From contig JAYWIR010000073.1 of assembly GCA_036172245.1 (NCBI GenBank), positions 62,001-126,000 on the forward strand: a DNA stretch of 64,000 bases. The letters run 5' to 3'. Each line of letters opens with the position of its first letter. The stretch's first letter is position 1. This document shows positions 13,215 to 25,299 of this stretch, one piece after another. A program made the translations under genes and the position numbers. The DNA is from Raillietiella orientalis. Its lineage: Eukaryota. The notes beneath the pieces were generated by a model. It saw nothing but the letters and a program-made list of their open reading frames with translations, did no database searches and was not told where the DNA came from.

Positions 13215-13700
13215 CAATATACATGTAAATGTTTGGACGTGTGAATACATGTACGTTTATGTGAATGCACACACTAATACACACACATACATATGAATAC
13301 ACATTTGTATGTATGCATGCACGCGCAAACATATATACGTACATTTTGACAACTTTCTAGTACACGCATTTTCACAAGTCGGATTTTCCTTTTCCGTTTT
13401 TTTATTTCGTTTGCTTTTTTGTTTTGCCCTATTGCTGCAGTCGCAATTATTTTTCATTTTGAAAAATTCGATACTCATATATTCATTTGATGTATATATA
13501 CACACATATGTGAAATTAACATTCATATATCATTTTTTATAGTTTTCAAGACATATGTGTATCAGTAATAAAATAAATAACTTACTGATCTTGTTCATGC
13601 TATGCTAAAGTTACCGCTAAAAATATGTATGCTGGTAAACACGAATAACTGTGTGCATCCAAACAAATTTGTGTATGAATCTGTGTAGAATAGGCACAGT
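13215..13700. repeat. AT-rich TA/CA/TG low-complexity island
   Basis: Same tacata/tatatg-type composition as 8590-9030. Confidence 0.7.
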
Positions 13701-15264
13701 GTTTGCCTCTTATGATCTCGTTTGGTATTTCGAACCAGACCCATTCTCCCTGACCTACAAACTGTCAATCACCTTGCCCCCTTACCCGGACCCAGTGTTG
13801 CTCATGCAGGCCGCTGCGCCTCTTAACACCGGAACCGATCACTCAGTGCATAAGAGCCCATCTGGGTTGCCGAACAACACATCAGAACACCTACATTTTC
13901 CACTCCCTACTCACGTACTTATGAACATCCCGTGAATTCCACCCCTCAAATAAAAAAACCACACACACACACAGCTCATATCAACCTCATGAGCTCTCAA
14001 TTCCTGGGACCAACCACTCCCATCTCCACGGTTGCTTCGAGCAGCATTGCAGGACCCAACTCACACCCATTTTATGCTGTTCACCAGCTCACCTTTCGTC
14101 TCACCCAACGACGTGGAACCGCCTCCCGTCTCCCAGAGGGAGAGTGCAGGTCGTCTATCGCATGACGCCTTGCCGCTGATCTCCCATCCCCGTTGCGACC
14201 TGCTGCTCTGCAGGTTGGATCTTGTGCTGCAGGCCGCTGCGGACGGCTGAACTCTGCCGCAACCTGGGGAGCACATCTCCTTGGAGAATTCCTGTCCGGA
14301 AACCTGCGCATCCCTTCGGAGCTTTATCCACTTGATCAGGATACTCCTGAAGAAGGCTAAAACGACCCTCAGCCAGCGGTTGTATAGGGATGTGAGGCGC
14401 ATCCTCACTCACGGAAAAGCCAGTCCCATTTATTTCCTCACAGGATCTCTCCGGTGACAGTTCGCACTTCCAGAGGAGGGTCCCAACGGCGAGTGGGTGG
14501 CCTTGGTCTTCGTTTCCAACGCGGTGGTCTTCCGCCCGATGTGGTCCTGCAGTACTCCGGAGTTGACTCTGGTCCACTGCGTGCCCTGGCCTTGCCCGAA
14601 TTCGCGAAACTTGCAGGGCATCCACCCATGCACCATCCCATCTCACTGTGCTCGTCCTCGTTCCCTGGTTACCTTTCCTTATGCAAGCACAAAGGCAGGC
14701 GTTCGAGTGAGCATGGTTAGCGTGGAAACGAACCCGTTTCCCTGAACATCTTTCTTCAGTTGATTCGGTGAATCATGGAGGCAGTAGTTGGACTCAGATC
14801 ATATCAGGTTTGTTTGAAGAGGCTTTCACTTCACTGTTGCCAAGCATAGCGAGTGAAGTGCCCGTTTTGTCTTATTCGTAATCTTCAGCAGCATCCTCAG
14901 CTCGAAGAATAAGCTCCAGGTATATTCCATGGTTACAGAATGCTCTCCATTCTTCTCCTACATCATTCCCTATCACAAAACCTCTGGAGGGGCAACATCC
15001 GAGAGGGGAAGCAACTGATTATGGTACGCGCGGAGGAAAGGACGGCTGCGTTTCCACAGTTGGAGGGGGAGAACCCCGAACGGAACCTGCGCTCTATGGT
15101 TCCAGGAAGGCCAGTCCCTGAGGGCCAACTCTCAATCCCGGCCAGCCAGCGCGGGTATCGGGCTTCCTCCAGCTCTGCACCCCAGGAATAGGTTGACCAG
15201 CGTCATACTGCTGGAGGAACTCGAAACCCACAACACAGTTCCCAGTTCCTCGGAGTCGATCCCT

Positions 15265-15335
15265 CCCCGGGAGGGATTCGAACCCACGACGCCTGGTACG
15301 CCACGCGGCCGCCAGCGCGGCTCCGTCAGCTTGCG
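15265..15335 (-). other. tRNA-derived fragment / SINE head (not a functional tRNA)
   Basis: The minus strand reads GTCGTGGGTTCGAATCCC (T-arm/B-box), preceded by a weak A-box-like AGCTGACGGAGC. No full cloverleaf. Confidence 0.4.
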
Positions 15336-17149
15336 TTTCCGTACCTTCCAGTCAGCTGCATCTGCGAGAAGGTGGGTCAAGGACGGCTACTTCACTCTTC
15401 CGCAAGAGACCTACTGACTGCGGACGGCCGCTTGGAGTCCGCATCTCTGGAGCTCACGACCGCGGACCGCGCTCATTGGATCGAATCGACCTCTATCCCC
15501 CAACCAGTCTGACATCTTTGGAAGGCGACCATTCCAGAATGACGTATCGCTCCTTTCTCGCTCATTACTACGCCAATCCTGTCCTTCTCTGGTAGAGATT
15601 GACGAAGCGCTTGCGATCGTCACCGGCGACCGCCTTGGTGACCACGCACTAGCAACGCAAGCAAGTCGGGGCGTGTGGAATTTCAGCGGCTTCTTTGCTT
15701 TCTGCTCTTCCGCGAGGACCTGCAGCCCTTTAGCCGGATCAGCAACGCTCCACGATCTCCAGGTTTCCGGGTCTGCCTCCAGAGCCTCTACCTTGTTGCG
15801 TCTCATTCGGAGTCGGCTTCTGCTCTTTGGGAGCACCCAGCTGTCCCGTAGAAGATCGATGCAAGCGTTTTCTGACCTGACTGGTCGTTGGCTCGCTGAT
15901 GCCTAGTGGTAAAAAAAAAAAACTGATTACGGTGACCGGTCACTTCACGGAGGGGTTCCCTCGGGTTGACACCGGTCAGGCGGAAGCGTTTGTTTATCAA
16001 AAATGAACACGTGGAAAGGCGTTTGATCCCACCACGTGGCTTAAAACCACGCAAAAAACCCTGCCGGGAACTGGTGCGCAGACCGGCGAGAGGCGCCACG
16101 ACAGGAGAGACAAACAAAAAGAATAGAAAAAAAAAGGCAAAAAACATGCAGTCAGAAAGTGATGGGGATGAGGGGTCGGGGAGGGATCACTGCGTGCTGG
16201 AGGGCGTCCTCTGCATCCTTGTAAGGTTGTCGAAGAGTTTTGTTCCGAGACTTCCAAATGGGTCCATCTTGACGATGTTTTCAAGGAAAGGACAGCAAAA
16301 GAGATGGCTCCCCTGTTGTTCTGGCCTTTTCTGGCGCTGCTCCATGCAGCCGCGGTCCAGCCACGTGGACAGGAAGGTGTTGCTGCGGACGCGGACGGCG
16401 TGAGGGCATCGCGCAGGAATTGGCGCTTGAAAACGTCTCTCGCGTTGCCTCCGGGGCTTCCAAAAGTCAGTACGCGGTGCACAGAGTCCCCTCGAGGCTG
16501 ATCAACAATTCGAAAGAACTGATGTCAGCTCCAATTTGCAAACGTGGAGATTCGGAGAACGTGGAGAAGAAAACAGGCACTGGTGGAGCGGTCACCAACT
16601 GAAGATAGTGCCTGCAAGCAAGGAATCATGGCAAAAGGCCATGGTCTTCCTCACTTCATGAGGGTCACGGGGAGACTTGAAAGTGGATGATTCAGAGGCC
16701 AGAAAATAAGGTTTGGCAACGGAGAACAGTGGTAGTTGCCGCAGAATGCGGAAGTGATGGGAAGATGCAGCCACAGGACCCACGAGCTCTGGAAGGGTCG
16801 TAGGAGCTGACATCTGCGATGAAATGAAGGGTAAGCGGAGAGAAGATGACGCACTCGAGGAGGCTGCCAGTAGCCACGGGGTCCTGAAAAGGAAGGCCTG
16901 TTAGCGGCGGGCACAACGAGGAGGTGGAGGAGGAGACCGACCCGCGGACTAGCTCGGGATGATGACCTCCCGATGGATTGGCCACGGGGGAAGGCCGGGC
17001 GGCTTCAGACTGAACGGTTGAACAGGTGGCAGCCGGGATGGCACTGCCAGGCATGCGCAGCCAGGGAATCCCGACTTCGCGTTGGCCGGCTCTGCGCCAG
17101 GATTGACCGGCGGGGGGGCCCGCGTGCAGAGCGAAAACGAAGATGGAGG

Positions 17150-20100
17150 TGCGGGCGGGAGTGACTGGAGGGAAGGGCAGCGCCATACAATCTCTTGGGA
17201 CGGACCACCGTTGCCCTCTTTGCAACGAGCAACGCGATAAGAAGGGCAAACCGATGCGGAACACAGCAGAGCTCGCGACGACCATCGTCCGAGCAGTCAT
17301 CGACAGGGAAACGGAGATCAGGTAGAGCGTCCCCCTTGAGTTACCGCTGCATGTTGAAGAAGGTGGCGGATGGCCCCAAGCGAGTGGACAGTCCACCGGA
17401 CTCCATTGCCCCTCGACCAATAGGAAAAGATTTTCTTTCAAATTGAACGCAGAAAGTGGTACTTGGTGACTTGTGGAGTGCTGGGTGCAGGAATTCTCGA
17501 CAAAGTGTCTGCAGAAAGATGCGTGATTGCGCTGTTTGTTTCAAAGTTGCTTCCCAAATTCACCCCTCTACAGGTCGGACCGGGAACTTGGCATTTTGCT
17601 TAAGGACCCGAAAGACCTTGGAAATTCATTTCCTTCCTCGTCAACCAAAAGGACAAAATCTACGCTGTACCAAATTTTTTTTTTCTCGAGTTTTGAGACA
17701 TTGCTCCGTTCCAGATTCTTTTCCCACATGCTATTTTTCTGAACCGAACATTCTGTCAAGGTTTAACAGGTGCCTTCCAGGAGACCTCACCTACTCAGGC
17801 GGGTGCAGAAACGCAAGACAAGGAGGCATATGGGAAACCGCTACTGCCCATCTGAGCAGCCAGTTCCTTGACTACACAAATCATTCCCAGGATTTTTCGT
17901 CAGGCACGTCTCACCACAATCCCAAATGAGCTTCCTCAAGACACTGATGCTACCCGGCTCGTATTCCACTGCTGACCAACCATTTTCTTCCGCTTCTGCA
18001 TCGGTTCTCAAGCATGATTGCACGAAACATCCATCCTTGCACGCACGCAACACGCACACACACAAACACACATGTGAGCTTTCTTGTCCCGGCTTGGCCT
18101 TGACATTGGAGATGTCAAGCCTGTGGTTTGGCCACGTACAGCTTGAGGTCTACTGGCAGTGGTCAGGGAATGGCTGCCTGCTCCGAAAATCGTTCTTCTA
18201 TCGCGTCTGTGATGTCTGGAGCGACTCGTTCTTCCTACATAAGTGCGAGAACAGAAATCTAGGAATAATTAGCCTTCCATACTTGTCCTCTTGCGAACGC
18301 GCACAAGGAACACAAAGTGTGACCCTCGTAAAGCCTCCCTATTTGGAAGAAATGAACACTAAGGTTCACGCCACTGGAGTTGCCGAAACACATGTCCGTA
18401 GGCCAACGTGCATAGCAATGCGTCCGCAAAGCGCCAAGCAGAGTGCGAAACCTCGTGGAAGACTGTCTCAAGGTTTCGCGGACTTGGCATGTGCTCGATA
18501 ATGCCTAGGAGCAAGGAGTCGTGGCGGGATGAACTGGCCACGGGGACTGTTCACCCCGTGAGGTCCCCTCGGCAGACCTGGAAGCGGATGACACGGAGGT
18601 CAGGAACGAGGATTCGCAACGGCGAACAGTGGCAGTTGCTGCGGAATGCGTGTAGAAAGACGGCACCGTCTTAAGAAACAACCAGTGGTCACGTGCTGCA
18701 TGAATCAAGACTATTAGGAAATTTCTTAGGAAGCCACACAATCCAGGCATGCTCCCGGAAGACGAGGAGATTTTGACTTCCTGGAGTGACCTTTATTTTC
18801 AGTGATGGACCCTCTTCAGAGAAACGGAGCTTTCACTGTGGATGTCAACCGAAGACCGGCGCTCCGAGGAAAGCTGATGTGCTGCGATCTCTTTTTCTGT
18901 GCTCTTAGGGAAGCGGAAGGCGTTCTGGAGAGAAGAGGAAGATGCCATTCTTGTCGGAGACGGAACCGTAGTGGTTTACTTCGAACTCGTGAATTTATCA
19001 GTCGTATTGTGCGGCCAGAGAATATTCGTTTCCAGGGAAATGCCCACTCCTTCATTCTGGATCTTCACTGATATCTCGGGAGAATACCAACGTACCACAT
19101 GTACTCGCTTGTCACATATCTAAGTTGCCTGCTGTGTCTCAATGTTTGTTGGCACGACAACATCTTCACTTTAGCTACAGGCATCACCCTTTTCTGTGAT
19201 ATGATCGGAGCAACTCTCGCTTCCTGTCTTTCGCCAAATGTTCCTTGGCTTCTTCGAAAACTGTGGTGAATCTTGGCGCCTGGAAGCGCATCTCCTCCGT
19301 GCCAAAGGTGCTGCAAGAAACCTGGAGCTGCGTCCTAGTTTGTTTTGAAGGGAGAGATCAAGAAGGACGAAAGGAGGGAATCGCATTGCCTCATCTTGAG
19401 GATTCCCCAAGATGCGAAGACATGAAGCATGATGAAGACATGAAGCACAAGCGCTGCTTCCAGCTGCTGAGTATCCTCTTTGCGCCTTATTTTTTGTCGC
19501 TGCGACCGAAAGTTGATTGACAGCACTGGTGATCACCTAAAGCGGCTGTTGGCGCATCTTGCTTTGCCCGTGGACCATAGTCTGCCTGTGGTCAGAGTGC
19601 ATGGTGCTCTGGGTGTGTAAGACTTTCTGAAGCCTCCAGGATGAAGTGAATCCCTGGATGAATCCTTATTCATCCGAGATGAACTCCTTAAATCATTCTC
19701 ATTGCCATGGGGTGTGTGCAACCAAATTCTCTCTCCTTTTTTTTGTCTTTTCAAGACTCATGGAGTGCTTGAAGGATAATAGCGGATGATGAAAGCGAAT
19801 GGAGCCTGCGGCTCTCTTATAGCCGCTAAATAAGGACGGGTCACCTCGCTGTTTTCCTAAAACAGAGTCAGGTCCTTAAGGAATTATAGGGCTGATATCG
19901 TGCAACCTTCAGACGAACTTTCTTTCCTATTTTAAATAGAAGAACCTCAAAGACTCTTCCGAACATGATGCTTCCAGAGGAGCCATTGAGAAAAACGGGC
20001 GAATCCGATTGCTTGTGCTTGGCCTCGAACACGGAAGGTGTCAAACATAAAATGATACAGTTGCTGAAGCCAGCAGACATTGGGATCAGGAAAATCATCC
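17150..20100 (+). mobile_element. Possible very decayed R2-like non-LTR relic
   Basis: Only weak motifs: CPLC (~17210), LLRAKGAARNL (~19300) and GV..Q.LSP-like (~19710-19740). No clean YADD found. Confidence 0.25.
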
Positions 20101-21219
20101 TGAATAAGAAGAGGAAACTCGTGTGGCCGTAAACAACACGACGGCAAGAGAACCATGGCACCCTTGGGTTGTTTGCAGGCGTTTCTCGGGTAAACCTCTT
20201 GCAAACTCACGTCAGTCTTCCCGGATTTCCCATGTTCCCTTATTCAGGAAGATGCGAGTCCTGAGGGGAAAACATGCACCTCGAATGACTGCTGTCCAGC
20301 ACGATCCCATGAGCGCACGTGCGAGCAGCAGGGTCCTCTCTGGTGCTGGCTCGCGCCAGCACAGTTGGAATGGGGCGCTGACTGCTCCGTTTCCATCGCC
20401 GCAGTTGGTCTTTGCGGGAATCTCCTTGCCTTCCTCGGGAGAAATTCTGTGGCAGTCCGAAAAAGGTTCTTTGCTCGCTCGAAGAGCACCTTTGACTGCG
20501 CAGGTTGCACCCAAACGAAGATTCTGCTCGTATCTTTTGCAAGTCTGGAAGGGAAACGGAGATGCGCCGCATTGCGCGCCGCGTGAAGGCCCTCGCGGGC
20601 ACGCGTTCCGAGTTCGCTGGAGCGCTGAGCACGTGACCCGAGAAAGTGCCCTTCGCGATCGATAAAAAGACCGTTCGCACGGAAGTCCCGCGAATCCGCT
20701 GGGGTCGAAAAATTGTTTCCTAAATCCGGTTCCTGCAGCTGCAGTTCTTTTGCATGCAAATTCCTCTTAGCCTTCCGGAAAGTTGGCGGCAGTTCGTCCT
20801 GTGACCTTGAGCGAAGAAAAGGAAAGTGTGTCCTATCACGATGGCCAGTAAGTGTGGGATGCAGAGAGCGTGCGCTTGAAATTTCGCCGCCGTGGAATGG
20901 CGGGAAAGGTCTTCAGTTGTCCTAGCGAAGAGGCGTTTCCTTGACACCAGTTACCGACCCACGAACCGACCGAGAAGCCAACACCGGAATTTCTTGTGCG
21001 GCAGCGAGAAAGAGGGTGGCCTTCTTTTTTGTTCCGCAAGATGCTTCATACGGCGGTCGCCGTAAAGGGAATGTAAAGTCCGCCATCGCTTTCTGGTCTG
21101 TCTTCCCACGAGATACATCTACACTACTCGAGGGAAACTGCATCCAGTTACACGAGCTGGGCTGCCGCGTGTTTCCTTTTTTTCCTTGTTGAGATCGAAA
21201 TGCCAGTGACGCAAGCAAC

Positions 21220-23634
21220 ATGGAAAACCTGGAGCTACTGGAAGAATTAAACGTAGCCATACGCGAGGGAATCGTCGGGAAAGTAAGGGAAATCATCCAC
21301 TCCGTTGGTCTCCGCTACTCGGAATCGTGGTGCGAAGGCTACACGCTGCTCTGCGATGCTCTCCAGCACCACAGCTACGAGGTTGCCGAGTTGCTTTTGG
21401 AATACGGGTGTGCGGTCAACAGCGACACCCCCGGGTTTTCCGGCACGCCGCTCCACTTTGCCGTTCGCTCCGGGAACGCCTCAATGACGGAGATGCTCTT
21501 GAAGAGGGGCGCCCGCGTGGACGTCCTGAACGAGAGGTTGGCGAGCCCCCTGCACCTGGCCGTGGGGAATTCGGAACGGAAGATTGCCAAGATGCTTTTG
21601 GAGGCCGGAGCGTTGGCGGACTGCGTAAACGACAACGGGATGGCGCCGATCCACATCTCCTCTCAGAGGAGATCCTCCCCGCTCGTGGAACTCCTGCTGA
21701 AGTACGGGGCGAGCCCCGACTTCAGCTGCACGTCGGAGAAGCGGCCGGGGTACACCCCGCTCCACTTTGCCACCCTAAAGGGGAGCGCAAGGACGATGGG
21801 GCTGCTGCTTAGCTACGGTGCTCCCGTCGGCTCCAGGGCCGCGAGCGGAGCGACCTCCCTCCACCTGGCCGCCCTGAAGAGGAACGAGCAGATCTCGAGG
21901 CTGCTGCTGGAGAACGGGGCCGAGGTCGACGCCACGTGCAATTACGGGACGACGGCGCTCCACTGCGCGGCCACCAACTCGAACAAGGATGTCGCGCTCT
22001 ATCTGCTGGAGCACGGCGCCGACGTGAACGCCAGGTGCCCGATCGGCAGGCCTGCCGTCCCGATGGTCGACAAGCCGGAATACGAGATGTTTGTGGACCT
22101 CCTCTCGAAGCACAGCGCGGAGACCCACAGCGCCGACCCCAGCGAAGGTTACGACCTCGAGAAACACCTGTCGGAGTTCAAGGCCGATATCAAGAACGGG
22201 TACAAGAGCGAGAGGATCCTGCTCCGCCTCATCAAGAAGTACGAAGATTACCACCTGGGGGCTCTCCTCATGCGCCGCGGCGGTGCCACAGAGAGCCGCA
22301 GGGGAAGGTGCGGGACGACCGCGCTCCACATCGCCAGCGAAACCGGCAACCTGGTGGTGGCCAGCGTCCTGCTGGAGCACAAGGCCGACGTGAATGCGAT
22401 CGAGGGCGACGGGCTCACCGCGCTCCACATCGCGGTCAGGCAGAGGAACCCGAACCTGGTCCGGCTGCTCCTGGAGCACGGCGCTGACGTCCAAATCCGG
22501 AATCCAAACGGGATGACGTCGTTCCGCATCGCCGTTCAGTCCAAGAACTTTGAAATAACGAAACACCTGCTGGAGTTCCACGCCGACGTGAACGAGAGGT
22601 TCGGGGACGGAAACGCCCTCCACTTCGCCATCAACTTCAGGAACCTCAAGATGGCGAAGCTCTTCCTGGACCACGGGATCGACGTCAATGCCACGAATTA
22701 CAGAAACATGACCGCGCTCCACATGGCCACCCAGATGTACAACCACGAGGCGGTGAAGCTCCTGCTGGATTACAAGGCCGACGTCAACAGCAGGAACATC
22801 AACGGGTCGACCCCGCTCCATATCCTCGCCAACGCGGGCGTAATGTCTTCCATGTCCAGCGTGTCGGCTCTGCTTCGGATTCTCCTGGATTCCGGCGCCG
22901 AAATCGATGCGAAGGACAACGTCGGATCGACTGTCCTCTACAACGCGGTCTGGGAGATGAACCCGGATATGGTCATGATCCTGCTGCAGGAGGGCGCCGA
23001 ATTCAACGCCGTCAACAACACCGGAGAGACTATCCTCGCCTTGGCCAACAGGCTCTGGGAGCACTATTCGCAGGCGCAGGCTGTGGGACGCGAGAAAGCG
23101 CTGTCCGCTCTCGAGTGCATCATCACGATCCTCACACGCTTCATCGTGAGAATGCGTTTCTGCGGCATCTACGTGAGCAGGAGGAACATGGAGGCTTTTG
23201 AGATCCTCAACGAGGTCTGTCTCCTGCGGAGCTACACGTCTGAGTGCGAAAAAGAACTTCAGAGGATGAAGTCGACGAAGATCGGCGACAACGTCTCCTT
23301 CTCGGACATATTGGTTAAGCATGGCAACGAGCTCGCGTTCTGCACCGGGAACGCGAGCATCATCCGGTTCTTCCGAGAGGAGCACTTGACCCTCACAGAC
23401 AGATTTCCAATATACGGCGCTCTGGTAGAAGCTCAGTTTGTAAAAGGAACGGAGAGGAGAGAGCTGCTCGAAGCGTTCTTCCCCGTTTTCGATCACTGTT
23501 TCAGGGACTGCCCCATCTTGCCGCGCGTCTGTACCAACAAGGTATCGAGCTTCCTGGATGAAGAAGATTTGAAGCATTTCGTGAATGCTTTGGAATCCAT
23601 CGATCTGCATAAGTCCAGCTCAGAAGATTCATAA
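21220..23634 (+). CDS. Intronless ankyrin-repeat protein with C-terminal PRANC/F-box-like domain (paralog 2, 804 aa)
   Basis: Many ankyrin repeats. The C-terminus has CEKELQRMK...FPIYGALV...LPRVCTNKVSSFLDEEDL. The N-terminus (REII.S.....E.W.EGY.LLC.AL) is homologous to paralog 1. Codon third positions are strongly G/C. Confidence 0.93.
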   Translation: MENLELLEELNVAIREGIVGKVREIIHSVGLRYSESWCEGYTLLCDALQHHSYEVAELLLEYGCAVNSDTPGFSGTPLHFAVRSGNASMTEMLLKRGARVDVLNERLASPLHLAVGNSERKIAKMLLEAGALADCVNDNGMAPIHISSQRRSSPLVELLLKYGASPDFSCTSEKRPGYTPLHFATLKGSARTMGLLLSYGAPVGSRAASGATSLHLAALKRNEQISRLLLENGAEVDATCNYGTTALHCAATNSNKDVALYLLEHGADVNARCPIGRPAVPMVDKPEYEMFVDLLSKHSAETHSADPSEGYDLEKHLSEFKADIKNGYKSERILLRLIKKYEDYHLGALLMRRGGATESRRGRCGTTALHIASETGNLVVASVLLEHKADVNAIEGDGLTALHIAVRQRNPNLVRLLLEHGADVQIRNPNGMTSFRIAVQSKNFEITKHLLEFHADVNERFGDGNALHFAINFRNLKMAKLFLDHGIDVNATNYRNMTALHMATQMYNHEAVKLLLDYKADVNSRNINGSTPLHILANAGVMSSMSSVSALLRILLDSGAEIDAKDNVGSTVLYNAVWEMNPDMVMILLQEGAEFNAVNNTGETILALANRLWEHYSQAQAVGREKALSALECIITILTRFIVRMRFCGIYVSRRNMEAFEILNEVCLLRSYTSECEKELQRMKSTKIGDNVSFSDILVKHGNELAFCTGNASIIRFFREEHLTLTDRFPIYGALVEAQFVKGTERRELLEAFFPVFDHCFRDCPILPRVCTNKVSSFLDEEDLKHFVNALESIDLHKSSSEDS

Positions 23635-23950
23635 CAGAATGTACGATAATGATTTGAATGCACAAAGCGTTTCGTCATGCGAATCACTAGAAGAAAAAAA
23701 AAAAGTCCGAGCATGCCGAGCTGATGTTTGCTTTGGAAATTTCATCTGCTTTTCTCCTGACGAGGTTCTTCATCTTGTACAGAGAGGAACCAGCGCGAGT
23801 GCTCGCTTTGAGTCCCGAGTTTCGCTGAGGTCCTTACAACGGAGACCGCGTGGCTGCTGAAGTCGCCGCGCGTGGCACCCGCGAAGCGTCGCGGGCTCGA
23901 ACACTCGGAAAGAATTGAGGCCGAGAGATGAAAGGAAGAGGGGGAAGGTT

Positions 23951-24636
23951 GCGTCGCGGGTTCGAGTTACTTTTGGGAGATGACTCTGGTTGGCCTCTAT
24001 TCATTCGGGTGCGGCGCTAGTAGCGGTTCAAACCGGTTGCCTCGATGAGTGACCGGGACAATGGAAGTCGACCCTCCGGGTCCTTCCAGGAATCAAGGAG
24101 TGTGAGTTCCCCTCCGGTTGTGCAAAGGAGAGTACTCCTCATTCTGGGGGGACCCATCGTGGAGTAGGTGTGTCGCCACCTCTCTAGAGTTCAGAGAAGC
24201 GTGCCGCTTCTATCGGAGAGCTCCACCCTTTAGAGACATTTCGGAAGCGTTTTTTCGGGGTTTTCTTAAGAGGAGGAACAGGAGCGATTCCCTTGCGAGA
24301 GGGTCCCTTCGAAGAATTCCAAGAGCCGGCATCTTTGGGGTCCCTCTGGAGGAAACCAGGGAGGAAGTTCCCCTCGGGGATCCCTCTCCAGGCGTGAAAG
24401 GAACGGATTCCCTTCTCCGGAGCCCTTTTCTGAATTCATAGGATGGTTTGCTACCGGAACACCCCCCATCTTGAGGAATTCCACGCACCCTGGGTGGTGT
24501 GGAACAGCGTTAAAGAGAGTGCGTGAGACTCCTCCAGGGGAGCGACGGTTCTCGAGGTGCTCAAGAGAACCAAGGAAAAGCTGGAAGGAAAACAGGGAAG
24601 ACAGGAAAGAACCCACAGGGATTCTTATTCCTCCTG
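23951..24636 (+). repeat. ~700-bp repeat, copy B
   Basis: Inverted homolog of 4269-4984. Confidence 0.85.
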
Positions 24637-25299
24637 AGCGCGCTTGCTTGCCTTGAGACGCCGCATCCACCGGGAGGAATTCAGTTCCCGCTTACGTTTC
24701 GGGGAACGCCGCAGTCGTTCCCATCCGACCAGGCGCCTCAGCGACGGATGATCCCTCTAGTTTCCATTCTAGCTCAACCCGTAAGTAATTCGAGCCACTG
24801 CTTGCGAGGTGAACTCTTGGGGGTGTGCAGCTTCCTCCAGCTTGAAATTCGGAATCGTTGGATGGTCCCCAGGAGACTGTACATTTTCCAAGACTTCCTT
24901 GGGAATCTAGACGAGACCGTCTGGTTTGCTGCTTTGCAGGGAACCATCAGGCACCCTATGCATCATCGAGTACGTGTGAAGAGCGTGCTCCTGAGTACGG
25001 TGCCTATAGATTCCGCGTTTCGTCCCTACGACTAAGGAGCAGCATCCGGTTTGATCTTCACCTTCACCTACTGTGCGCGCTCCATGTTTACGTGGAGTGA
25101 GGTTCGTTTCCTACTCCGGCACTGGGCAGAAGCGCTGCGTTGAGTCCTTACCTGTGGAGAAGAAAAGCAGTGGAAGAGCGAGTAGGTCCGCCGAATGTCC
25201 AAGACTTTTCTCGTCGAGCACGCCAGCGTGCTGCATCATGCCAAAGACGTCCTCGAGGAAGTGGAAGGCGACTAGCTCCGAGCTCTCTCCCGTCAGTTC

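Noticed and set aside
21775..23610. 611-aa antisense ORF
   Set aside because: Shadow of the GC3-rich ankyrin CDS; no recognisable domain.
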